A stretch of 64,000 nucleotides of DNA, taken from contig JAZKCY010000001.1 of assembly GCA_040387855.1 (NCBI GenBank), forward strand, positions 910,922 to 974,921. Reading direction: 5' to 3'. Origin of the DNA: Patescibacteria group bacterium. GTDB taxonomy: Bacteria; Patescibacteriota; Minisyncoccia; Phycocordibacterales; JAKAEA01. Below, piece after piece: positions 54,491-64,000 of the stretch (positions are counted from its first letter, which is position 1; the number at the start of each line of letters is the position of its first letter). The notes beneath the pieces are model-generated. The model did no database searches, was not told the origin of the DNA, and saw only the letters and a list, made by a program, of their open reading frames with translations. A program made the translations under genes and the position numbers.

Positions 54491-55021
54491 TTATTTTTTA
54501 AACTTTGCTCTATATTCGTTTCTGCTCATAAAACTTTCTGTATCTGTTATTCGATCGAGAAATACTTTACCCTCAATATGATCTTGTTCATGCTGAATCA
54601 CTCGAGCTAGTAATCCCTGTGCAGTAAATTCAAATGGCTCGCCCTTCTCATTGTAAGCTTTAATAACAATAGATTCAGATCGGGGCACTTTGCCAAACAA
54701 TTCTGAGCTTGCAACACTTCCACAACCTTCATATCCTAGTGCTACTTTTTTAGAATAATATGTAATCTCAGGATTAATGAATACTCTGATAGGATCCAAA
54801 TCTTTTGGCTTACGATTTTTTGTTTGTCGAATTTCGGTAACAAAAACTCGTAAGCTTTTACCAATTTGAGGAGCAGCCATTCCCACCAATGCATGATAGT
54901 GCATTGAATCAACGAGGTCTTTAATAATCTTCTTAGTTTCCTTTGAGGTTATATTTTTAACTGACTTAGCCTTTGAGCGAATAATCGGATTTCCAACTTG
55001 TGTAGCATGTTTAACAATCAT
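54491..55021 (-). CDS. def: Peptide deformylase.
   Basis: GMAAPQIG is motif 1, EGCGS motif 2 and QHEQDHIEG (HExxH) motif 3. The start is taken at the Met of MIVKHATQ. The longer ORF from 55087 is less likely. Confidence 0.85.
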   Translation of the reverse strand: MIVKHATQVGNPIIRSKAKSVKNITSKETKKIIKDLVDSMHYHALVGMAAPQIGKSLRVFVTEIRQTKNRKPKDLDPIRVFINPEITYYSKKVALGYEGCGSVASSELFGKVPRSESIVIKAYNEKGEPFEFTAQGLLARVIQHEQDHIEGKVFLDRITDTESFMSRNEYRAKFKK

Positions 55022-55116
55022 ATTTGAACAGTAACAAAATGAATGGCATCTATCAAACAAATACAATAAAAGCTCTATGTTTTTCATAAAGCTTTCATTG
55101 ATTCTCTCCCCTACAC

Positions 55117-55386
55117 TTATGAGATCGGCATTATTTGCACTACATTAAACTTAACTCTATTGCCTATTTCCTCTTGCTTTGTTTGGTGTGATACATGAAT
55201 AAGACTATCTCTATTTTCCAGTACAACATTAAACTCCACACAGCCCTTCCCTTTATCTTCAAAAAATGTCGAGTTCTTGAGTGCGAAAGATGGTTTAGAG
55301 GTATCTCCTTTCATTTCACTATTTGCTTCTTTTACTCCACTAGCAATCCCAACTAAAACACTTTTCACAAAATCATTTAATACCAT
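55117..55386 (-). CDS. Hypothetical protein.
   Basis: 89 aa with no known domain. Confidence 0.35.
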   Translation of the reverse strand: MVLNDFVKSVLVGIASGVKEANSEMKGDTSKPSFALKNSTFFEDKGKGCVEFNVVLENRDSLIHVSHQTKQEEIGNRVKFNVVQIMPIS

Positions 55387-55500
55387 ATACCTTTATTGTT
55401 ATTGAGTAATAAATTAATGGTAGTAAGAATGGGAAAGACTCACAACGCAAAAGCTGTTACTAAACTCACATAAATAGAGGTACAACGTGGGGAAAACCTG

Positions 55501-56007
55501 TTACTTATCTTCTAAGTATATAAACTTCATTTCCTTGCCTGCTTTTTGTTCTATCTTTGAACTAATTTCAACAAACCCCAATTTCTTCCAAAATTCTAAT
55601 GCCTGAGTATTATTTTCAAATACTGATATCTGAATAGACTCAAAATCCCCACGGCTTTTTAATTCTGCTTTAAGGCCTGTATATATTTTTCTTCCCAAAC
55701 CTTTATTTCTATATTCTGGGTCAAGTAGTAATAATCCGATAAACCAAATATTTGCTTTTGGATAATCTTTAATCACATCAATAACACCTATAAACGCTTC
55801 CCCCTCGCGAATAGCTAAAACATATTTATCTTCCATTTGTTTGCCATCAGGCAATGAAAGCAACATATCTCCAGCATCACTTTCCCTTAGCGGCCGTCCT
55901 TCGACAAGTTCGATATAGTCTTTTGATTTCTCTGCGAGATTTTGAAGACTCCCGATGTCTTGTAATAAAATTGGATCTATTGAAATAGTATCGATAGTGA
56001 ATTTCAT
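55501..56007 (-). CDS. GNAT-family N-acetyltransferase.
   Basis: YRNKGLGRKIYTGLKAELK is acetyl-CoA-binding motif A (R/Q-x-x-G-x-G/A). Confidence 0.75.
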   Translation of the reverse strand: MKFTIDTISIDPILLQDIGSLQNLAEKSKDYIELVEGRPLRESDAGDMLLSLPDGKQMEDKYVLAIREGEAFIGVIDVIKDYPKANIWFIGLLLLDPEYRNKGLGRKIYTGLKAELKSRGDFESIQISVFENNTQALEFWKKLGFVEISSKIEQKAGKEMKFIYLEDK

Positions 56008-56012
56008 ATTAT

Positions 56013-56282
56013 TTATCTTAGATTTTTAATCCACCACTTCTTTATGTATGGCAAAGATAATGTAGAAAGTATATAACCAATAGTTGGTATAAGCGCATTT
56101 AGAAATACATTCCCGGCTCCAATCACATACATTACAGCAGCAGCCACAAAATACGTAACCACAGCAATACTCATTCTTCGCACAAAGCTTGTTTCCCAGG
56201 CTTTATCAGCATCCACCCGTAAGTTTCGCATCTGTAAAATCTGGATTTCTTTCTGAAGTTTGTGGAAGTATTTTTCTTTCAT
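56013..56282 (-). CDS. Small membrane protein.
   Basis: Two transmembrane helices and no known domain. Confidence 0.35.
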   Translation of the reverse strand: MKEKYFHKLQKEIQILQMRNLRVDADKAWETSFVRRMSIAVVTYFVAAAVMYVIGAGNVFLNALIPTIGYILSTLSLPYIKKWWIKNLR

Positions 56283-56302
56283 ACGGTAACACTACCACAA
56301 TA

Positions 56303-56330
56303 AAAAATGCCGGACTAGCCGGCATTTTTT
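56303..56330. terminator. Bidirectional intrinsic terminator.
   Basis: AAAAAAT-GCCGGACTAGCCGGC-ATTTTTT. Confidence 0.55.
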
Positions 56331-56350
56331 ATGTTGAAATATGCTCTGTT

Positions 56351-56947
56351 TTATACCATTCGCTTGAAGTATCTAAACCCAACGACAATAAGAACAATCG
56401 GTACAAGATAGGCAAACGAAACTCCCCAGAGAAGTTGTGGGTCAAAGAATGAAATCCCTGACTCCATATATTGAGCTCCTATATATACAATCGATCCGAT
56501 TTGAGAAATTGTATAAAGATACAATCCCACTCGTTTCATAAACCAAATTCCCACAACTCCAATAAATGCTGCAAGCATCATTATCGTTACTACATTTAGT
56601 GTAAGATACTGAGCAAAAGAAACTCCTCCCATTCCTGAATACATTACATATAAAATCACTTGCTGAAGTATGAGTAACAACCAGGTAATAAAATAGTATC
56701 CACAAATAGCTGTAATAAGTGTCGGTCGATCTGCAGTAAAAAACTTTCTTATTGCTGTTACTGGCATACCATATGCATCGGTTCTTTTTGACACCTCTGG
56801 TTCTTTATTTGTTTCAACAGCTGTATATGCTTCTGATATGAGTTCTTGATTTGATCCCCCTTTTGAAAGGGTTTCAAAAATCTCTTCCTTCGATTTACCC
56901 TGTGCCTTTGCGTTCTTGATAAAATTGTAGAGTCCTAGGTCAACCAT
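56351..56947 (-). CDS. Hypothetical polytopic membrane protein.
   Basis: The ORF encodes 4-5 transmembrane helices and no known domain. Confidence 0.45.
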   Translation of the reverse strand: MVDLGLYNFIKNAKAQGKSKEEIFETLSKGGSNQELISEAYTAVETNKEPEVSKRTDAYGMPVTAIRKFFTADRPTLITAICGYYFITWLLLILQQVILYVMYSGMGGVSFAQYLTLNVVTIMMLAAFIGVVGIWFMKRVGLYLYTISQIGSIVYIGAQYMESGISFFDPQLLWGVSFAYLVPIVLIVVGFRYFKRMV

Positions 56948-56985
56948 AAAGTTTTGTTATTTTGTAATTGTAGAGTCATTATACA

Positions 56986-58044
56986 TTATTTAGAAATAAT
57001 TATTTCTCCTATCGCAGCTCTAAATGCATTTATAACAGACGCATCTTTTGGTCGTGTTGGATAAATGCGATTTGTTAATACAACATACGCAATTCCCTTT
57101 TCAACATCGCATACACAAAGCGTTCCGGTAAAACCCGTTTTCCCAAACGTATGAGGCCCACAATTTTTTCCCATAAATCGAGGCTGATTGAGCTCCCATC
57201 CAAGTCCAGTAGAATCTCCCAAAGTTTCAATCTGATTAGTACCCATTTCACCAATCATCTTTTCTGAAAAATAGGTGGTACCCTTAAAAGTCCCTTTGTG
57301 TAGAAGCATTTCTAAAAAAGTGAGGGTATCTCCAGCTGTAGAAAACAATCCCGCATGCCCCACGACTTTGTTTCCTTTAGTTTTAAATATGTATGCGCTT
57401 TCATCGTGTACCACCCCCTGCACAATTCCCCGGTTATCGATCTCAGTTGGCACGATTTCTTCTTTACTAAGAAGTTCTGGATGAAAGGTAGTTCGCGTCA
57501 TTCCCAATGGTTTATAGAAATATTCTTGGGCAAGCACATCTAATGTACTGCCGTATATTTTTTCAACGACCAAACCTAAAAGATATGCAGGAATATTTGT
57601 ATACTTGAATACTTTTCCTGGAGGACTGTTGAAGTCATGCTTCATAATATATGCATGCAATTCTTCTGGTGGTATGTCCCCTAAAGATGCCAAACCATAT
57701 CCATCTATTGTATAGGTAAGCAAATGCCTAATGAGCACTGTATCTTTATCAGAATTAGAAAACTCTGGAATGTAATCAACTAATTTATCTTCAACACTTA
57801 GTTTCCCTTCATCAATAAGTTTTAGAGCTAAGCATCCAGTTGCAAGAGATTTTGTAAGTGATGCTACATCAAAGATAGAATCTGATTTTACTTCTTGAGC
57901 TCCCGCATCATAGGTAAAATTCCCAAACGGAAGAATATTCCGTTCGCCATTTGTTTTTACATAGCCTATTACTCCTCCAGGAAAAATCTTAGCGTCTATA
58001 GCTTCTTGAGCTTTTTGTAAAATCTGTTCGTCCATAAAATCCAT
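56986..58044 (-). CDS. Serine hydrolase of the beta-lactamase/penicillin-binding-protein (class C-like) family.
   Basis: FDVASLTKSLATGCL carries the SxxK active-site motif. YGS is a YxN-like region and a KTG-like HAGLF segment follows. Confidence 0.75.
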   Translation of the reverse strand: MDFMDEQILQKAQEAIDAKIFPGGVIGYVKTNGERNILPFGNFTYDAGAQEVKSDSIFDVASLTKSLATGCLALKLIDEGKLSVEDKLVDYIPEFSNSDKDTVLIRHLLTYTIDGYGLASLGDIPPEELHAYIMKHDFNSPPGKVFKYTNIPAYLLGLVVEKIYGSTLDVLAQEYFYKPLGMTRTTFHPELLSKEEIVPTEIDNRGIVQGVVHDESAYIFKTKGNKVVGHAGLFSTAGDTLTFLEMLLHKGTFKGTTYFSEKMIGEMGTNQIETLGDSTGLGWELNQPRFMGKNCGPHTFGKTGFTGTLCVCDVEKGIAYVVLTNRIYPTRPKDASVINAFRAAIGEIIISK

Positions 58045-58045
58045 T

Positions 58046-58465
58046 CTATACTTTCAACTTCTTCGCAAAATACTCTTCCATCATTTTCACGCTTCTTTTA
58101 TCTTTCTTTCGTGGCAAATTTTTTGCAAAAGCTAATAAATCTTCCAATCGTAAAAACGGCACGCCATCATGCATCTCTGCCCTATCAATGAGATCCTGAG
58201 TCTTTGGTCGATACTTCCATGTCCAATGAATGTTGGTGAATGCCTCATTTTCACCATTAACGATTGCTTTGCACCACAACGTTCTCCAGAAAAACCATTT
58301 ACGCTTCCATCCCTGCTTTTTTAATTCTTTATACAAATCTTGTGTTACCAAAACATCAACATCTTTTGCTTTTCGAATGCCATGCACTTCCATTACCCCG
58401 CTGCCAAAGACACAGTATTTTCCTAAGGGTAAGTTGAGAGCTTTTGCTCGAGAGATGATGTCCAT
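58046..58465 (-). CDS. Hypothetical protein with a minimal nucleotidyltransferase-like motif.
   Basis: VFGSGVMEVHGIRKAKDVDVLV fits the hG[GS]...DhDh NTase-fold pattern. Confidence 0.35.
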   Translation of the reverse strand: MDIISRAKALNLPLGKYCVFGSGVMEVHGIRKAKDVDVLVTQDLYKELKKQGWKRKWFFWRTLWCKAIVNGENEAFTNIHWTWKYRPKTQDLIDRAEMHDGVPFLRLEDLLAFAKNLPRKKDKRSVKMMEEYFAKKLKV

Positions 58466-58475
58466 ATATTTTTAA

Positions 58476-59189
58476 TTAAGCATAATTCGCAAGTATATCT
58501 TTCATTTCATCCCATGCCTTACGTAAAGAATAGGTTATGAGAGAAGATGGAGGGATATGACTAAACGCAAGATCAACTTCAACCATTCTTCTAACCTGAT
58601 CAAAACTAATAGATCCCTTTTTAATTACGGCAACAATAATATCTGCATGAATACTGAGAATCATCAGATCTTCATCCATGTATTTTCTTTCTTCATCTTC
58701 TTCATTAAACAGAGAAACTTTCTTATCATACAAAGCTTCTAGTTTAGCAACTACTTTTGGGTCATCTATATTTGCTGAGAGCTCGCCAATGGGATCAAAT
58801 GAATATTCTTCTTGAAGTTTTTGGGCGTAATGCTGTTCAAGAGACTCCTCTCGTTTTATCTCAACTTTTTCTTTTTTTATTGCTCCTGCTAGTTTGGGAT
58901 ATTCGTTAATCGCAAGTTGATTAACCTTCTCACGAAGACCACAGCTTCCAGTTACCCCTATAACACTATACATAAAACCACCTGGGTTATCTTCAGCCAT
59001 TTTCCTAATCAGATCAATATACTTAATCAGCTTGTCTGCAGAATAAAAAGATGTACTTCCTTGGACACCTTCTATTTGTCGGAGTACCTCATACAGCTCA
59101 TCAAAATTAGTAGCAGCAGCGATTTTTTCAGTCGCTATTTCGATACTATTATCATTACCTTCATCAAACCCCGGAAACTTGTCTGGCAT
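58476..59189 (-). CDS. Hypothetical protein.
   Basis: 237 aa with no known domain. Confidence 0.4.
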   Translation of the reverse strand: MPDKFPGFDEGNDNSIEIATEKIAAATNFDELYEVLRQIEGVQGSTSFYSADKLIKYIDLIRKMAEDNPGGFMYSVIGVTGSCGLREKVNQLAINEYPKLAGAIKKEKVEIKREESLEQHYAQKLQEEYSFDPIGELSANIDDPKVVAKLEALYDKKVSLFNEEDEERKYMDEDLMILSIHADIIVAVIKKGSISFDQVRRMVEVDLAFSHIPPSSLITYSLRKAWDEMKDILANYA

Positions 59190-59265
59190 TGAATTGTTGT
59201 GTTATTTTTGTGATAAGTATACTCTCTTCATTTACACAAGTATATATATTACATACAATTCATGT

Positions 59266-59613
59266 ATGAATATATTTTTACAATGGCTAGTATCTGCTTT
59301 AGCCGTACTTATTACAGCTTACCTATTACCGGGGGTTACTCTCTCAGGATTTGGTGCAGCACTTATTGTCGCAGTAATATTAGGAGTCTTAAATATTTTT
59401 ATTCGGCCAATTCTACTCATTCTTACTCTCCCAATTAATATACTCACGTTGGGATTATTTACCTTTGTCGTAAACGCACTCATCATTATGCTTGCATCAG
59501 GAGTTTCTCCTGGCTTTTATGTTGTGAACTTTTGGTGGGCACTTATCTTTAGTGTTGTCCTTTCACTCGTAAACTCATTGTTTGATCGAATGGTTGCAAA
59601 AGATCCAAACTAG
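59266..59613 (+). CDS. DUF360/YvlD-like 4-TM membrane protein (phage holin family IV-like).
   Basis: LQWLVSALAVLITAYLLPGV...GFGAALIVAVILGVLNIFIRPIL is a DUF360-type sequence. Confidence 0.55.
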   Translation: MNIFLQWLVSALAVLITAYLLPGVTLSGFGAALIVAVILGVLNIFIRPILLILTLPINILTLGLFTFVVNALIIMLASGVSPGFYVVNFWWALIFSVVLSLVNSLFDRMVAKDPN

Positions 59614-59850
59614 ATGACCTCGCTCGTCAAAATCCACCCTTTTACATAGCGATCTATTACCGCGTATACTTTTTATGGCTCAAAATATTGGTTATGCGAC
59701 CATATATCTGTACTCCTGTAAAAAACTGTTGTAATTACGAAGCAGTATTCCATACGGCTGAGATACCTGTTAATTACTCATATTGATCAACCCGCTGTGC
59801 TTGCTATAGTGCCAAAGTCGGTTTATTAGGGATTAAGTAGGTGTATATAA

Positions 59851-60945
59851 ATGAGTAAGCTGTTAGTTCGCAAGATCATCATGGTGACACTGGTGATGGT
59901 TCTCGCAGGAGTAAGTACTGGGGCACTTCAGGTTTTTGCCCAGATACGAGATTATAGATACGATTACGAAAAAACTAAAACAAGTCCTGAATATATTACT
60001 AGCATAAATAATTATTGGAAAAAATATTGGCAGAATTATTATAAAATAGCCGAAGCATCATCAACTCCAACTGTCGCAACAACTACTCAGCCAGTAGCAA
60101 CAACTACCCCACCACAAATACCAACTACAATGACTGGCACACAAGATACTTTTGGTATCAAAAAATTGTACACGACAATTTCTGGTGGAAAAGAATGGGC
60201 ATCATCTTGGAATAATGGTGTCGCTCGAAACTTTACAGGGGTAGATCCAAAAGATCCATGGTTTGATGCCGATCATGGTAATGCTTCATACAAAGTTGAT
60301 GGTCAGGGACAATTAAAAATTACTGGCTCTGTACCCCGCATGTATATTCACGATCCAGCTCTACAAAACAGTTGGAGAAATGTTGAGATGACCGTGTATG
60401 CTATGCGTAAGGCAGATAGCAGTACTCCATGGGGAGGTATTGTAGGTATTGCCCGTACCAATCACGGCACAACTGGAAATGAAAACGAAAACGCATGTGA
60501 TACCAGAGGGATGGGAGCTCGCATGAGATACGATGGACGAATTGATTTTGAGAAAGAAACAAAACATCCAACATCTGTTGCAGTACAAAATAAACCAATA
60601 TGGTCTGGAGGTCTTCCCTACAACACCTGGATTGGATACAAATATATTGTGTACGATCTTCCCGATGGTAACGTCAAAGCAGAATTGTGGCTTGATGAAA
60701 CCGATGGTCTCAACGGAGGTACGTGGAGGAAGGTAAATGAAATTATCGACACTGGTAAAAACTTTGGAGTTGGTGGCGCACCCTGTGCTTCAGGAATTGA
60801 TCCAGCACTACGTTTGACGAGTGGTAATTCACGGGCTGGTTCTGAATCAGGTAAACCAAACATAAGTGTGTACTTTAGAAGTGACAATGTCGGTACTGAT
60901 GGTTTGATCTATAAAAAAATGAGTGTTCGAGAGATTACTCAGTAA
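59851..60945 (+). CDS. Secreted hypothetical protein, possibly with a ConA-like/polysaccharide-lyase-like beta-jelly-roll.
   Basis: It has a signal peptide and a T/P-rich linker. No named family was recognised. Confidence 0.45.
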   Translation: MSKLLVRKIIMVTLVMVLAGVSTGALQVFAQIRDYRYDYEKTKTSPEYITSINNYWKKYWQNYYKIAEASSTPTVATTTQPVATTTPPQIPTTMTGTQDTFGIKKLYTTISGGKEWASSWNNGVARNFTGVDPKDPWFDADHGNASYKVDGQGQLKITGSVPRMYIHDPALQNSWRNVEMTVYAMRKADSSTPWGGIVGIARTNHGTTGNENENACDTRGMGARMRYDGRIDFEKETKHPTSVAVQNKPIWSGGLPYNTWIGYKYIVYDLPDGNVKAELWLDETDGLNGGTWRKVNEIIDTGKNFGVGGAPCASGIDPALRLTSGNSRAGSESGKPNISVYFRSDNVGTDGLIYKKMSVREITQ

Positions 60946-60960
60946 TAATTAAAACTAAAT

Positions 60961-60990
60961 AAAAAGCTGACTCATCCGAGTCAGCTTTTT
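60961..60990. terminator. Bidirectional intrinsic terminator.
   Basis: AAAAA-GCTGACTC-atcc-GAGTCAGC-TTTTT. It overlaps the stop codon of the 60989 gene. Confidence 0.55.
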
Positions 60991-61591
60991 ATTTGTTTAA
61001 AGATTTAATGTCTGCAATAATTTCTGGAAATGTTTGTAGATTAAAATGTTTTCTATCCTCAAAAAAACGAGCATGCGCATGTGGCAAAGCCTGATAATAT
61101 TTTTCACCATTTGAAAATGGCACAACTACGTCATCTTTACTCTGATAAATAAAAATCTCGCCTCCCTGCTTCGCTAGGTTATCAAGGCTGTTTGAGAAAA
61201 TAAAATCAACAAGTGGATGTTCATCTTTTGTATTAAACGGTGCAGCTACTAGAAAAGTTCCAGCAATCTTTTTAGAAAAAGTGTTCTCAGACAAATATTT
61301 TGCAAGAAAGATTCCTCCTAATGAGTGTCCAATAAGTATAACTTCATCATCTAACAATGGAATGATTCTCTCAAACCAAATCTTCCACTCTGAATATCGA
61401 GCATTTTGTGAATTTGGCATTTGAGGGGTTAGAACATCATATTCATTACCCAACACTTCTCCCAAAGTTCTTTTCCAATCTTTTGCTCTTAATTTTTCAA
61501 GGGAAATATCTTTAGTACGTAAATATGACAGATACTCTTCATATTTTTCAAAAGCATTCCCGCCATGTAGTACAAGCATTTGCTTTGTCAT
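60989..61591 (-). CDS. Alpha/beta hydrolase, YdeN/RBBP9-like serine hydrolase.
   Basis: LIGHSLGG is the GxSxG nucleophile elbow. The size of about 200 aa and the LVLHGG N-terminus fit this family. Confidence 0.6.
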   Translation of the reverse strand: MTKQMLVLHGGNAFEKYEEYLSYLRTKDISLEKLRAKDWKRTLGEVLGNEYDVLTPQMPNSQNARYSEWKIWFERIIPLLDDEVILIGHSLGGIFLAKYLSENTFSKKIAGTFLVAAPFNTKDEHPLVDFIFSNSLDNLAKQGGEIFIYQSKDDVVVPFSNGEKYYQALPHAHARFFEDRKHFNLQTFPEIIADIKSLNK

Positions 61592-61714
61592 AGAGTAAGC
61601 CTACCATATATTTTATACACTTGTTATTTAATTAAAATCATGTGAATGTAGAGTCTGCTGCGGACCGTACGTTATACGGTTTGCTGTTCAGTGAGGTACG
61701 TAAGAGGAAGTGCT

Positions 61715-62578
61715 ATGCGTAAGACTGGAAAGTTTGCTTCGACGATGATCGAAGGGCTCGAGAGGCGTCGGCTGTTCGCGGTGTCGATGACGCTCGAACC
61801 CACCGGCGTGCTCAACGTCGTCGGGGATGACGGGCCCAACACCGTGACCATCACCGCGGATGCACGGGAGACGCGCGTGAGCGTGCTCGGCGTCAGCAAG
61901 GTAAAGGTCTTCAAGGGCACGCCGCAGATCGAAGTCAGCATGAAGGGCGGAGACGACATCGTTACCGCCAGGCATGTCGGGCGTGCTGCCCTGGATGCAG
62001 CCGCCAAGCACGTGTTGACCAGGATCTTCGGCGGCGACGGCAACGATAGGATCTCTGCCACGACCGATGGTGGCATCCTGATCGTGGTCGGTGACGGCGG
62101 AGCCGACATCGTCGACTTCGACAACGGCAATTCACCAATCCCAAACGGCCACATGATGCTGGGTGGCCCGGGCAACGACAAGTTGACCAACTACGGGAAG
62201 GTCTACCTCCAAAGCCAGGGCGGTGACGGTGACGACGAGATCTTCGGCGAAGACGGCAACGATGAGATCTACGGTGGCCCGGGCAACGACATCCTCCGGG
62301 GTGGCGCGGGCAACGACACGCTGAGCGGCGAAGATGGGAACGATTCCCTCTTCGGAGGCGTCGGCAACGACGTGCTCTGCATCACCAACGGAGTCGACGA
62401 GATCTTCGGCGAAGACGGCGACGACTTCGTCTACCAGATCCCGGTGACCGTGAGCAACTGGAGTCTGATCGACGGTGGTAACGGGTTCGACACCTTCTAC
62501 TACCACCCCGATACCGACCCCAGCACGCTCGGCCACACGTTCAGCAGCATCGAGATCTCGCTCCCCAATCCGTACTAG
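61715..62578 (+). CDS. RTX-type calcium-binding repeat protein (hemolysin-type Ca-binding nonapeptides), encoded on a GC-rich island.
   Basis: At least seven GGxGxDxUx nonapeptides occur in tandem: GGPGNDKLT, GGDGDDEIF, GEDGNDEIY, GGPGNDILR, GGAGNDTLS, GEDGNDSLF and GGVGNDVLC. GC is about 62%. A GAGGAAG ribosome-binding site lies 5 nt upstream of the ATG. Confidence 0.7.
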   Translation: MRKTGKFASTMIEGLERRRLFAVSMTLEPTGVLNVVGDDGPNTVTITADARETRVSVLGVSKVKVFKGTPQIEVSMKGGDDIVTARHVGRAALDAAAKHVLTRIFGGDGNDRISATTDGGILIVVGDGGADIVDFDNGNSPIPNGHMMLGGPGNDKLTNYGKVYLQSQGGDGDDEIFGEDGNDEIYGGPGNDILRGGAGNDTLSGEDGNDSLFGGVGNDVLCITNGVDEIFGEDGDDFVYQIPVTVSNWSLIDGGNGFDTFYYHPDTDPSTLGHTFSSIEISLPNPY

Positions 62579-62601
62579 GAACAAGGAGCATCGTTCTTTC
62601 C

Positions 62602-62632
62602 AGACGGCACTGAAAGGTGTTGTCTTTTTTTA
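62602..62632 (+). terminator. Intrinsic terminator for the RTX gene.
   Basis: AGACGGCAC-tgaaag-GTGTTGTCT (two G.U wobble pairs) followed by TTTTTTT. Confidence 0.45.
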
Positions 62633-62635
62633 TAC

Positions 62636-62992
62636 TTAAGCTTCAGCCTTCTGATATTTGGTTACAATCCCAACGGACACATCAACACTTATCCAAATCT
62701 CACTATCAGTCATCCTATTTTCAGGAGTAAATGTCAGGTGATATACATTTTCGGTATCAGGTGACTTTATTATATGAATTAATTTATATGATACACCACG
62801 AATCTCACCATCTTTAAAATGCTTAGTAAGTTCAGCCCATGCAATATCATACGCTTTCTGCTCTTGGATATTTAAAGTCATAGTTGGTTTTGTTGGTTTC
62901 TCAGCTTGTAGCTTTAATTCTTTATTCCTGATTATTAAGAACATTGCAAGACCAACAACAATCACAATTAAAACTATATACATTATTTTCAT
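62636..62992 (-). CDS. Membrane-anchored hypothetical protein.
   Basis: One transmembrane helix and no known domain. Confidence 0.4.
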   Translation of the reverse strand: MKIMYIVLIVIVVGLAMFLIIRNKELKLQAEKPTKPTMTLNIQEQKAYDIAWAELTKHFKDGEIRGVSYKLIHIIKSPDTENVYHLTFTPENRMTDSEIWISVDVSVGIVTKYQKAEA

Positions 62993-63001
62993 ATATGAGA
63001 T

Positions 63002-63922
63002 CTACTTAAAAATCGCAGAACCACTATCCCGCTCAAGATCTAGAACAAGCTCACCTTTGCTTGTAAATAGATATCCCGCTGCTCGATCAAGTACTTTGTG
63101 AAAATCGGTTTCTTGAGAACCCTCACAATACATTTTAGTTGAAATAATATCTGAAAAATCTATTGATCCATTTTTAGTAACTACCTTTCCAGCAAAACGA
63201 TTACAATCGGTTGTTGCAGAGAATGTCTCATCCCCATTAAACTCAAGGGTAAATGCTAGGGTTTGCTTTGGCTTAATTACGGTGCCGTCACTATAGGTCA
63301 CATTAATCCAAGTCCAAGATTTCATACCCAGATTCATAACCTTTGGATCTGCCTCCCCCTCAAAATCTTTTGCCACTTCTCCAAACTGCATTGAATTTAC
63401 ATCCAATAAAAGCTGAATTGATTTTCCTACTGATGGCTTCACACTAAAGTCTTCGCCAGGTCGTCGATCAGAATAATTAACTACAACTAGTTTCTTTTCG
63501 TTTATTTCTGTAGTTTGTGGAGCGATGCGATCACCTAATAATAATCCCTGAGAACCTTCATATCCATTCACTTTATTGAGTGCTGCTACAACATAATAAA
63601 ATGTGCCGCTACCTCCAGTTTGTTGAGTGAGAATAAAAGCCACATCTTCTCGTCCGTCATTATCAAAATCGGCTTTCACTTCATTACCAAAATACTGAGT
63701 AACAATTTTTGATGATGAACCAGGAGCAGCCTCTACTTCAACCTTCCCATCTTTGAGCATTACAACTTTCCCATCAATAACGTAGGTAGCATCTTTATGT
63801 GATGCGACAGGAGCTGGAGCTTGATCCCCTTGCTTTTCATTATAGATATAGCTATTAAGCACATAAAATCCGGTAATACAAAGTATGAGAATACCAACTA
63901 GTATTATTAAAGTTTTTTTCAT
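63002..63922 (-). CDS. Secreted META-domain (HslJ-like/DUF306) protein.
   Basis: TTDCNRFAGKVVTKNGSIDFSDIISTKMYCEG is the META motif. The start is taken at MKKTLIIL (63922). The longer ORF from 63943 is less likely. Confidence 0.55.
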   Translation of the reverse strand: MKKTLIILVGILILCITGFYVLNSYIYNEKQGDQAPAPVASHKDATYVIDGKVVMLKDGKVEVEAAPGSSSKIVTQYFGNEVKADFDNDGREDVAFILTQQTGGSGTFYYVVAALNKVNGYEGSQGLLLGDRIAPQTTEINEKKLVVVNYSDRRPGEDFSVKPSVGKSIQLLLDVNSMQFGEVAKDFEGEADPKVMNLGMKSWTWINVTYSDGTVIKPKQTLAFTLEFNGDETFSATTDCNRFAGKVVTKNGSIDFSDIISTKMYCEGSQETDFHKVLDRAAGYLFTSKGELVLDLERDSGSAIFK

Positions 63923-64000
63923 TATGTATGTAGTATACCTCAAGAGCCTACTTTCTAATTAATACTACAATGTAACGTTTATCAGCGATTCTATGGATTT

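Noticed and set aside
59700-59800. A GCTGAGA box in the 59614-59850 intergenic region, reminiscent of the TPP riboswitch core.
   Set aside because: The other TPP elements (GGGGUGC, the ACCC/GAACCUGAUC context) are absent. The downstream gene is not thiamine-related.

Overview
This 64-kb window reads as a low-GC (about 35%) bacterial chromosome segment. It is gene-dense, mostly on the minus strand, and has many short intrinsic terminators. I found no rRNA, tRNA or CRISPR array. The gene content is consistent with a small-genome, surface-attached organism of the Patescibacteria/CPR type, but that is an inference, not a demonstration. The supporting observations are that secE-nusG-rplK (positions 3577-4813) ends in a terminator with no rplA, and that the window carries a type IV pilin and many secreted enzymes. 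Housekeeping genes recognised include nusG, secE, rplK, def, uppP, mscL, htrA, maf, a DsbA/DsbB pair, an ECF sigma factor, a MacAB-like efflux set, and LOG, NUDIX, HD and GNAT proteins. The most notable feature is a roughly 21-kb polysaccharide island (12.6-33.3 kb). It opens with a BcsZ-like GH8 endoglucanase, a BcsA-like QxxRW family-2 glycosyltransferase (GT2) without PilZ or BcsB, and a GT-C protein, all in one tight operon. Next come two paralogous secreted TIM-barrel hydrolases of glycoside hydrolase clan GH-A, a GH6 cellulase, an embedded type IV pilin, and a CBM4_9-CBM4_9-CE4 (carbohydrate esterase family 4) deacetylase. It closes with a HasA/NodC-like processive GT2 translationally coupled to a membrane CE4 deacetylase, next to a truncated UDP-glucose-dehydrogenase-like protein. 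The three secreted hydrolases share an apparently undescribed beta-rich module of about 90 aa. The second pattern is five short islands of 50-62% GC. Each has its own ribosome-binding site and terminator. They hold a nucleoside 2-deoxyribosyltransferase-like gene, a convergent pair of unknowns, a GC-rich element of about 290 bp that is either a structured RNA or a tiny ORF, a Zn-ribbon protein, and an RTX Ca-binding repeat protein. They look horizontally acquired or inserted. Many nested or antisense ORFs in the six-frame track are spurious and are not reported.
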